A DNA stretch of 29,617 bases from a virus: the UHGV virus genome UHGV-0179686. The stretch is one strand, 5' to 3'. The notes below the pieces were generated by a model that was not told the origin of the DNA, ran no database searches, and saw nothing but the letters and a program-made list of their open reading frames with translations. A program made the translations under genes and the position numbers. This document shows, one piece after another, positions 23,530 to 29,617 of the stretch. How positions within the stretch are numbered: position 1 is the first letter of the stretch; every line of letters begins with the position of its first letter.

Positions 23530-23850
23530 TTAGTTGCTGGTTTGGTTGTCGGCTAGATGAATGATATCGGGTAAGGGTTTCGGCTGGTCGAGGTGTTGTA
23601 TGGTTTTGTTGGCTAAACGTTTGGCTACCCTGTAACACATTTTGGTGTAGTGTTTGTTGTCTAGGTTGTGGTATTGTTCCCGCACCGCAATATATAGTAG
23701 AGAGTCTTGGTACAGGTCGTCTGCACTGATTGCGGGGTAGTGTGCGGCTGTTTTGGTGCATGCCCGGTTGAGTGTGCGTAGATGATGGTCTGTGGCCCAA
23801 ACCCACGATGCGGTGGTGGCGAGGTCTGCTTTGGTTGGTCGTCGGCTCAT
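23530..23850 (-). CDS. hypothetical protein (106 aa), possible sigma region-2-like segment
   Basis: DLYQDSLLYIAVREQY loosely resembles sigma region 2.1-2.2 (DLVQ-[DE]-TFL); weak. Confidence 0.4.
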   Translation of the reverse strand: MSRRPTKADLATTASWVWATDHHLRTLNRACTKTAAHYPAISADDLYQDSLLYIAVREQYHNLDNKHYTKMCYRVAKRLANKTIQHLDQPKPLPDIIHLADNQTSN

Positions 23851-23860
23851 GGCATCTCTT

Positions 23861-24907
23861 TCATCGGGCTATCTGGTAGTTGTTTGGTGTTTTGTTGTTG
23901 ATAGTGTAGCACACGAGTCCGGGGTTTCCGGTGGTGCCAGTCTTGTGCCGGTACCATGTGGATTCGCCTTCCATGGATGGGCATTGGATGAAGGTGCGTT
24001 GTCCTTGTTCGGAGATTTCTAGGTGGTGTCGGTGCCCGGCCATGAGTATGTGGGATGTGGTTCCGTTGTGGAATTCTTGGCCGCGCCACCATTCGTATTG
24101 TTTTCCGGTGCGCCATTGGTGTCCGTGGGCGTGCAGGATTTGTGTGCCTGCCACGTCGACGGTGGTGGTCATTTCGTCTCGGCTGGGGAAGTGGAAGTGT
24201 AGGTTGGGGTATTGGTTGTTGAGCTGGTAGGCTTCGGCGATGGCGCGGCAGCAGTCCACATCGAAGGAGTCGTCGTAGGTGGTGACTCCTTTACCGAAGC
24301 GCACGGCTTCTCCGTGGTTGCCGGGGATGGATGTGATGGTGACGTTGGCGCAGTGGTCGAATTGGTGGATGAGTTGCATCATGGCCATGCGGGTGAGCCT
24401 GATTTGTTCGGTGAGGGGTGTTTGTGTGCGCCAGGCGTTGTTGCCGCCTTGTGACACGTATCCTTCGATCATGTCGCCGAGGAATGCGATGTGGACTCGT
24501 TCGGGTTTGCCGGCTTGCCGCCAGTAGTGTTTTGCGACTAGGAGGGAGTGCAAATAGTCGTCGGCGAAGTGTGATGTTTCTCCGCCGGGGATGCCTTTGC
24601 CGATTTGGAAGTCTCCTGCCCCGATGACGAAGGCTGCAGTGCTGTAGTCGGTGTGGGTGTCCTGTTCGGGTTTGGGGGGTGTCCATTCGGCTAGCTTGTC
24701 GACGAGTTCGTCTACAGGGTAGGGGTTTGTTGCGGGTTGGTGGTCGATGATTTTTTGTACGGATCGGCCTGTTTCTCCGTTGGGTAAGGTCCATTCAGAG
24801 ATGCGTGTGCGGCGTACGGTGCCGTTGGCTAGATTGTCGTCGATGGTGTCGATGGCGTTGTCGTGGTTGGCTAGCTGGGTGAGGAGCCGGTCTATGTTGT
24901 CTATCAC
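23861..24907 (-). CDS. calcineurin-like metallophosphoesterase (SbcD/Mre11-like), about 348 aa; start set to GTG 24907 (GTGA overlap with upstream stop)
   Basis: Motifs FLGDMIEG (GDxxE), IPGNHGE (GNHE), HAHGH, AGHRHH. The ORF-track upstream extension overlaps gene 24904..25098. Confidence 0.7.
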   Translation of the reverse strand: MIDNIDRLLTQLANHDNAIDTIDDNLANGTVRRTRISEWTLPNGETGRSVQKIIDHQPATNPYPVDELVDKLAEWTPPKPEQDTHTDYSTAAFVIGAGDFQIGKGIPGGETSHFADDYLHSLLVAKHYWRQAGKPERVHIAFLGDMIEGYVSQGGNNAWRTQTPLTEQIRLTRMAMMQLIHQFDHCANVTITSIPGNHGEAVRFGKGVTTYDDSFDVDCCRAIAEAYQLNNQYPNLHFHFPSRDEMTTTVDVAGTQILHAHGHQWRTGKQYEWWRGQEFHNGTTSHILMAGHRHHLEISEQGQRTFIQCPSMEGESTWYRHKTGTTGNPGLVCYTINNKTPNNYQIAR

Positions 24908-25098
24908 TGGGTATCCTCCTCGTGTGGGGTGGTGTTGGCTTGTTTGCGGCGGTAGTCTTTGATGACGGTGGCGGAGATGGGGTATCCTGCCTGGGTGAGC
25001 TGTTTTGCTAGCCATGAGGCGGGGATAGACCTGTCGGCGAGGACGTCTGCAGCTTTGTTGCCGTAGCGTTGGATGAGGGTTTCAGTTTTGGTTGCCAT
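24904..25098 (-). CDS. small putative HTH protein (64 aa)
   Basis: SWLAKQLTQAGYPISATVIKDYRRKQ helix-turn-helix-like. Confidence 0.4.
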   Translation of the reverse strand: MATKTETLIQRYGNKAADVLADRSIPASWLAKQLTQAGYPISATVIKDYRRKQANTTPHEEDTQ

Positions 25099-25648
25099 GA
25101 TGTCCTATCGGTTGTGTGGTGGGTTGCCATCCTGTGCGGCAGTCGCCGTCGTGTCCTGGTTTGCGTGTGCACCACGATACGGTTCCGTCTGTGTGGTTGA
25201 GTGTTTTTCCGCACATGACGTTTTGTAGATGCTCCGGCAGTGCGGCGTCACCCTGGTTGCTGGTTTGTGTGTCGAAGAGTGTTTTCTGGTTGGTGAAATG
25301 CTCTGACACGGTGCCGTTGTGGACTGGTAGTATCCATGTTTTCCATTGTTGTTGTAGCCGGGTGTTCCAGTGGAATTGTTTGGCCGCGTTCGTGGCTTGT
25401 TTTAAGGTTTTGTAGTAGCCTACAATAATCCGTTGATGGTCACTATCGGGCTTGTGTGGCCCTTTCCAATATTGGGCAGCTACAGCGTACCTGTTGTTGT
25501 CTGTGAAGCGCCCCCAGCAGTATTCCACCATGTGTGATAGTACCTTGTCGGGCATGTCTCGTACTTGGTTTTCGTCGAGCCACGCGTCGACAATGATGTT
25601 GCGTATGGCTTGCTTGTCTTTGGTGGTGGGTTTGAACGAGATGCTCAC
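25082..25648 (-). CDS. hypothetical Cys/His-rich protein (about 188 aa; start GTG 25648 in GTGA overlap; ORF-track extension to 25936 overlaps upstream gene)
   Basis: C-terminal CGKTLNHTDGTVSWCTRKPGHDGDC looks like a zinc-binding motif. Confidence 0.45.
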   Translation of the reverse strand: MSISFKPTTKDKQAIRNIIVDAWLDENQVRDMPDKVLSHMVEYCWGRFTDNNRYAVAAQYWKGPHKPDSDHQRIIVGYYKTLKQATNAAKQFHWNTRLQQQWKTWILPVHNGTVSEHFTNQKTLFDTQTSNQGDAALPEHLQNVMCGKTLNHTDGTVSWCTRKPGHDGDCRTGWQPTTQPIGHHGNQN

Positions 25649-26208
25649 AGTACGGGCCTGTCGTCTTGCATGAACTGGTTGAAGGTGCTGTTCCCGGCGT
25701 GTTGGGCTTGTGTGATTTGCTGGTCGGTCCAGTCTGGGTGTTGCTGTTTCAGATAGTGCCAGTGACACGCATTGTAGGTCTCGTCTTGTAGCCGTGTGAG
25801 ATGGTTTTCGGTGATGATTTGTTTCCACATGGCCCATGACACGTCGAGCCGGTTGAGGATTTCGAGGGCTGAGATGTTGAACTGGTCGAGGAAGAGTATT
25901 TCGTGGGTGTAGTAGTTTTTCTCGTAGGCGTCCCATCCGCTTCGGTGCCTGTTGGGCTGGTTTTTGGGGTAGGCTTCCCGGCAGATTTTGTGTAACCGTT
26001 TGGCCATGTCGTCGGGTAGTTTAATGTCGGGGTTGGCGCGGATCATGGATCGCATCCCATCATAGGTGGTGCCCCAGGTGCGCATGATGTAGGTGGGGTC
26101 TTCACCATCAGCCCATTTTTCTGCACAGATGGCGAGGCGGATACGCCTCCTGGCTGTTTGGCTGGTGTTGCGGCGGTGGGGGATGGGGCACGTGTCGAGG
26201 GGATCCAT
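25645..26208 (-). CDS. hypothetical protein (187 aa)
   Basis: ORF-track frame, native composition. Confidence 0.5.
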   Translation of the reverse strand: MDPLDTCPIPHRRNTSQTARRRIRLAICAEKWADGEDPTYIMRTWGTTYDGMRSMIRANPDIKLPDDMAKRLHKICREAYPKNQPNRHRSGWDAYEKNYYTHEILFLDQFNISALEILNRLDVSWAMWKQIITENHLTRLQDETYNACHWHYLKQQHPDWTDQQITQAQHAGNSTFNQFMQDDRPVL

Positions 26209-26252
26209 GATGTTTTAGTGTACCTTTCTTGGTTTGGGTTGCTTGCGTGGTT

Positions 26253-26924
26253 TTACTGTAGCACAGTGTTGAGGGCTTGTGTCAACCCTGTTTTGCCGGC
26301 CTGCAGGTAGGTGTCTGTGACATCCCCGACAGTGAGGGGCACATGGGTGGCTTGGGGGAGTGCTGCCTGGAGGGTTTGGGCCATCTGGTCGCCTGCGGGG
26401 TCTGGGTCTGACCAGATGTAGATGTGGTCGTAGCCTTCAAAAAATTTGGTCCAAAAGTTTTGCCACGAGGTGGCGCCGGGTAGGGCTACGGCCGACCATC
26501 CGCATTGTTCGAGGATCATGGAGTCGAATTCGCCTTCGCAAATGTGCATTTCGGCTGCCGGGTTGGCCATGGCGGCCATGTTGTAGATGGAGCCTGTGTC
26601 CCCTGCCGGGGTTAAGTATTTGGGGTGGTTGTGGGTTTTGCAGTCGTGCGGGAGTGAGCAGCGGAAACGCATTTTTCGTATTTCGGCTGGGCCGTCCCAT
26701 GTGGGGTACATGTAGGGGATGGTGATGCACTGGTTGTAGTTTTCGTGGCCTGGGATGGGGTCATTGTCGATGTATCCAAGGTGGTGGTTGCGGGCTGTTT
26801 CTTCGCTGATGCCTCTTGCTGAGAGCAGGTCGAGAATGTTTTCGAGGTGGGTTTCGTAGCGGGCTGATGCTTTCTGGATTCGGCGGCGTTCCGCAATGTT
26901 GTATGGGCGTATGCTGTCGTACAT
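26253..26924 (-). CDS. DNA primase, TOPRIM-domain part (223 aa)
   Basis: HICEGEFDSMILEQ...IYIWSDPDPAGDQ matches the TOPRIM E / DxD signature. Confidence 0.7.
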   Translation of the reverse strand: MYDSIRPYNIAERRRIQKASARYETHLENILDLLSARGISEETARNHHLGYIDNDPIPGHENYNQCITIPYMYPTWDGPAEIRKMRFRCSLPHDCKTHNHPKYLTPAGDTGSIYNMAAMANPAAEMHICEGEFDSMILEQCGWSAVALPGATSWQNFWTKFFEGYDHIYIWSDPDPAGDQMAQTLQAALPQATHVPLTVGDVTDTYLQAGKTGLTQALNTVLQ

Positions 26925-27162
26925 TCGGGTTTTCTTTCTCTAGTCGTTGTTGTAGTTTGGCGAGTCCGCCTCCGATGCCGCATGTGTGGCAGTACCAGAC
27001 GCCCTTGTCGAGGTTGATGCTCATGGAGGGCTGGTGGTCGTCGTGGAGCGGGCAGAGTATGTGTTGCTCGTTCCTGGATGGGTTGTACCGTATCTGGTAG
27101 GTGTCGAGGAGGTGGCGGGTGTCAGAGGTGTGGGAGGAGCTCGTTGAGGGTTGATACCACAT
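26761..27162 (-). CDS. DNA primase zinc-binding (CHC2) domain ORF; native sequence ends around 26926, remainder of frame overlaps the TOPRIM gene and looks non-native
   Basis: CPLHDDHQPSMSINLDKGVWYCHTCGIGG is a CHC2 zinc finger. After ...QQRLEKENP the frame reads P/R/H-rich sequence and overlaps 26253..26924, which sits in another frame. Confidence 0.6.
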   Translation of the reverse strand: MWYQPSTSSSHTSDTRHLLDTYQIRYNPSRNEQHILCPLHDDHQPSMSINLDKGVWYCHTCGIGGGLAKLQQRLEKENPNVRQHTPIQHCGTPPNPESISPLRNPPRKHSRPALSKRHQRRNSPQPPPWIHRQ

Positions 27163-27478
27163 AGGCTTCGCTCCAGGGTTTGTTGCGCTGTTTCATGATG
27201 ACTAGGCCGATGGTGGATTGGTTTTTGCGGTTTCGGTGGGTTTCGTAGTTGCGCGCCTCAAGGGTGGCTTCTTTCACGAATTGGGCTAGGTGTGGTTGCC
27301 CGGCTTTCGCCTCGATAATGTAGGTTTTGTTGCCGGTTTTGAGGATGAGGTCGCCTTCGTCTTCCCTTCCGTTGAGATGGAGGCGCTCTATATCATAGCC
27401 GGTGTCGCGTAGCTGGTGGAGGAGTCGTGTTTCCCATTCGGCTCCTGCCCTGCGGTTGCGTGCCTGTTGTGTCGACAT
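27122..27478 (-). CDS. Hjc-like Holliday-junction resolvase / PD-(D/E)XK nuclease (118 aa)
   Basis: GAEWETRLLHQLRDTGYD...DLILKTGNKTYIIEAK fits the G.E.E...L...G....D....IExK pattern. Confidence 0.45.
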   Translation of the reverse strand: MSTQQARNRRAGAEWETRLLHQLRDTGYDIERLHLNGREDEGDLILKTGNKTYIIEAKAGQPHLAQFVKEATLEARNYETHRNRKNQSTIGLVIMKQRNKPWSEAYVVSTLNELLPHL

Positions 27479-28341
27479 GATAGTCCTTTGTGTGTTGTGG
27501 TCATGTTCCAGGGCTGTTTTTCGGCGAGGGGCCCGAAGAATGTGTATTCGGGGTAGGCTCGTAGTCTTTCGTATCGGGTGCCGTCTGGGCTGGATTTGCC
27601 TGTGCGCTGTTTCAACACTGCGATGCGTGCCTCGGCGGGGATGGTGAGCCCGTTGCCATTATCCTCGCCACCATACAATGATACTCCGAGAATGAGTTGT
27701 GGTTTTTCGGAGAGTCCGTTTTTGATTTCCCGGCGTGCTGGCGGGTGTTCGATGTCGGAGCCGGTTTTGTCGGTTGCGTGGTGTGTGACAATAATGGTGG
27801 AGCCAGTATCCCTACCCAATGCTGTGATCCATTGCATGGCTTCTTGCTGGGCCTGATAGTCACTCTCGCAGTCTTGGATGTCCATGAGGTTGTCGATAAC
27901 AATGAGTGGTGGGAAGGTGTTCCACATTTCCATGTAGGCTTGCAGTTCCATGGTGATGTCGGTCCAGGTGATGGGTGACTGGAATGAGAAGGTGATGTGT
28001 TGGCCGTGGTGGATGCTGTCTCGATAGTATTCTGGCCCGTAGTTGTCGATGTTGTGTTGTATCTGTGTGGTGGTGTGTTGGGTGTTGAGTGAGATGATTC
28101 GTGTGGAGGCCTCCCAGGGTGTCATGTCCCCTGATATGTAGAGGGCGGGCTGGTTGAGCATGGCGGTGATGAACATGGCTAGCCCGGATTTTTGGCTGCC
28201 GGAGCGCCCCGCGATCATGACTAGGTCCCCTTTGTGGATGTGCATGTCCAGGTTGCGGTAGAGGGGTTCTAGCTGGGGTATGCGGGGCAGCTCGGCGGCT
28301 GTTTGGGAGGCCCTCTCGAAGGATCGTTGTAGAGAGAGCAT
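27388..28341 (-). CDS. DnaB-like helicase C-terminal domain / RecA-fold ATPase (317 aa)
   Basis: Walker A-like AGRSGSQKSGLAM, Walker B-like PLIVIDNLMD. Confidence 0.6.
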   Translation of the reverse strand: MLSLQRSFERASQTAAELPRIPQLEPLYRNLDMHIHKGDLVMIAGRSGSQKSGLAMFITAMLNQPALYISGDMTPWEASTRIISLNTQHTTTQIQHNIDNYGPEYYRDSIHHGQHITFSFQSPITWTDITMELQAYMEMWNTFPPLIVIDNLMDIQDCESDYQAQQEAMQWITALGRDTGSTIIVTHHATDKTGSDIEHPPARREIKNGLSEKPQLILGVSLYGGEDNGNGLTIPAEARIAVLKQRTGKSSPDGTRYERLRAYPEYTFFGPLAEKQPWNMTTTHKGLSCRHNRHATAGQEPNGKHDSSTSYATPAMI

Positions 28342-28382
28342 CGGAGCCTTTATCTATCTATCGGTTGGTTGTGTTTTGGTGG

Positions 28383-28853
28383 TCAGATGGAGTCGATGTC
28401 GATATCAGCATCAGTTGAGGCTGTGGTGTCGTCTAGCTGGCCGTTATCGCGTTTGTCTACGTATCCGGCAACCTTATCGTAGATGGCGTCATCAAGGGGT
28501 TTGAGCACGACCGCGTTGAAGCCGTTTTTGGTGCGTACGGTGGCGAGTTTGAAGGCCTGTTCTTCGCCGAGATAGGCTTCGAGGTCGCGGATCATGGAGT
28601 GTGGGCGGTCGTTGTTGCCGCGTGCTTTTTCGATAATAGCGTTGGGGATGGTTTCTGGGGTGCCGTTGTTGAGATCGTCTAGGGTGTGGAAGATGGTGAC
28701 ATCAGCGTAAATACGATCGGCGGTCTGTCCACCGTAGCCTTCAGTGTTGTGTTCCACGTCGTGCACTTTGAAGGCGATGGCGGTGGCGTCCTGGTTTCGG
28801 GATGGGTTGAAGAAGGTGCTGTTATTGCTGTTGCGGTAGTTGGCGAGTCCCAT
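28383..28853 (-). CDS. hypothetical protein (156 aa, acidic C-terminus)
   Basis: ORF-track frame; RBS AAAGGAAAC before ATG 28853. Confidence 0.5.
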   Translation of the reverse strand: MGLANYRNSNNSTFFNPSRNQDATAIAFKVHDVEHNTEGYGGQTADRIYADVTIFHTLDDLNNGTPETIPNAIIEKARGNNDRPHSMIRDLEAYLGEEQAFKLATVRTKNGFNAVVLKPLDDAIYDKVAGYVDKRDNGQLDDTTASTDADIDIDSI

Positions 28854-28890
28854 TGTTGTTTCCTTTACTGTTGTGTTGGTTTATATTGGT

Positions 28891-29301
28891 TTATCGGGTG
28901 AGGCTGTTTCGTTTGCTGCGGAACGCCTCGGATACGTCACTGTTACTGGTGATGATCTTTTTGTACTGTTTCAGAAGGTCGGCTAGCTGTGCCTTGCTGG
29001 TTGCGTCGCGGATTTTGTCGATGACGATGCTGTTTTCGTTTGATGCGATGTTGTCCACGTAGTCTTTGGTGGCCTGATTGTATCGGTCTTGGAGGATGAT
29101 TGATGCGCTCGCTACGAGTGTTGCTAGATCCCAGTCTTTGGACACGTCACCGTTTTTGAGTCCGCCTAGCAGGTCGATGATGGCCTGTTTTGTCTGCTCT
29201 GCCGTGTCTCCGCGGATGACCGCCCACGGTGCAGCATAGTCTCCACCATATTTGAGTGTGATCGTGAGTCGATCATTGTCGATCTTGTCTTTATCGGTCA
29301 T
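28891..29301 (-). CDS. hypothetical protein (136 aa)
   Basis: ORF-track frame; ATGA overlap with the exonuclease gene end at 29298-29301. Confidence 0.5.
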   Translation of the reverse strand: MTDKDKIDNDRLTITLKYGGDYAAPWAVIRGDTAEQTKQAIIDLLGGLKNGDVSKDWDLATLVASASIILQDRYNQATKDYVDNIASNENSIVIDKIRDATSKAQLADLLKQYKKIITSNSDVSEAFRSKRNSLTR

Positions 29302-29617
29302 TTGGTGTCCTTTTCTTTATTGTCTGTTTCTGGTGGCTGTACGGTGGATTCTACCGGGTATCTGTACGAGTTTTTGCCGTTGACGGCCCAGCAGGCGTCT
29401 CGTACGGGGCATCCTTTACAGAGTGTTGTAACGTGTGGGACGAAGATGCCTTCGCTGATTCCTTTCATTGCTTGACTGTACATGGATGATACATGCCGGT
29501 AGGTGTTGTTGTCAAGGTCGTAGAGTTCGGTGGATGTGCCTTGTGTCGGGGACTTGTCGTCGTTGCGGCTGGTGGCTGGCGTCCAAAACATGCCTTTTGT
29601 CACATCGTTGCCGTGTT
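29298..29617 (-). CDS. Cas4/RecB-like exonuclease, C-terminal part (continues in-frame from 1..628 if the molecule is circular)
   Basis: CKGCPVRDACWAVNG supplies a C-x2-C-x5-C cluster matching the Fe-S cysteines of Cas4-type nucleases. Codons 29615-29613...29603-29601 are in the same frame as the gene leaving at position 1, with no intervening stop. Confidence 0.55.
   Translation of the reverse strand, partial: HGNDVTKGMFWTPATSRNDDKSPTQGTSTELYDLDNNTYRHVSSMYSQAMKGISEGIFVPHVTTLCKGCPVRDACWAVNGKNSYRYPVESTVQPPETDNKEKDTK

Overview
The window looks like a complete, circularly permuted genome (~29.6 kb) of a small cos-type siphovirus. Its organisation matches what I recall of Cutibacterium (Propionibacterium) acnes phages (PA6-like); that match rests on gene order, protein sizes and motifs I read myself, not on a database hit.

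Gene layout:
- A rightward late operon (5152..22226) carries an HNH endonuclease, small and large terminase, portal, MuF-like protein, scaffold, major capsid, four head-tail genes, major tail protein, tail chaperones with a -1 frameshift, a 921-aa tape measure, three minor tail proteins, a small membrane protein, a collagen-like Gly-X-Y protein, an amidase endolysin and a holin.
- A convergent leftward early/DNA-metabolism arm (22313..29617, wrapping to 1..2860) carries a sigma-like HTH protein, a metallophosphoesterase, a split primase, a DnaB-like ATPase, an Hjc-like nuclease, a Cas4/RecB-like exonuclease and many small unknowns.
- No integrase, repressor, tRNA or CRISPR is evident.

Main observations:
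- The 11-nt sequence TCGTACGGCTT at 5506-5516, between the HNH gene and the small terminase gene, matches what I remember as the C. acnes phage cohesive end. The leftward exonuclease gene also runs in-frame off position 1 and back in at 29617. Together these suggest the sequence is in circular (replicative or episomal) form.
- The most unusual feature is a ~2.3 kb non-coding right-end region (2861..5139). It contains a ~1.4 kb module bounded by 30-bp inverted repeats, a strongly AT-rich degenerate tandem-repeat core, nine same-orientation CATCAG iteron-like motifs, duplicated GC-hairpin elements, a 57-nt polypyrimidine tract and a near-copy of the cos core.
- This module is a candidate origin, partition or regulatory region that I cannot assign to any described system.
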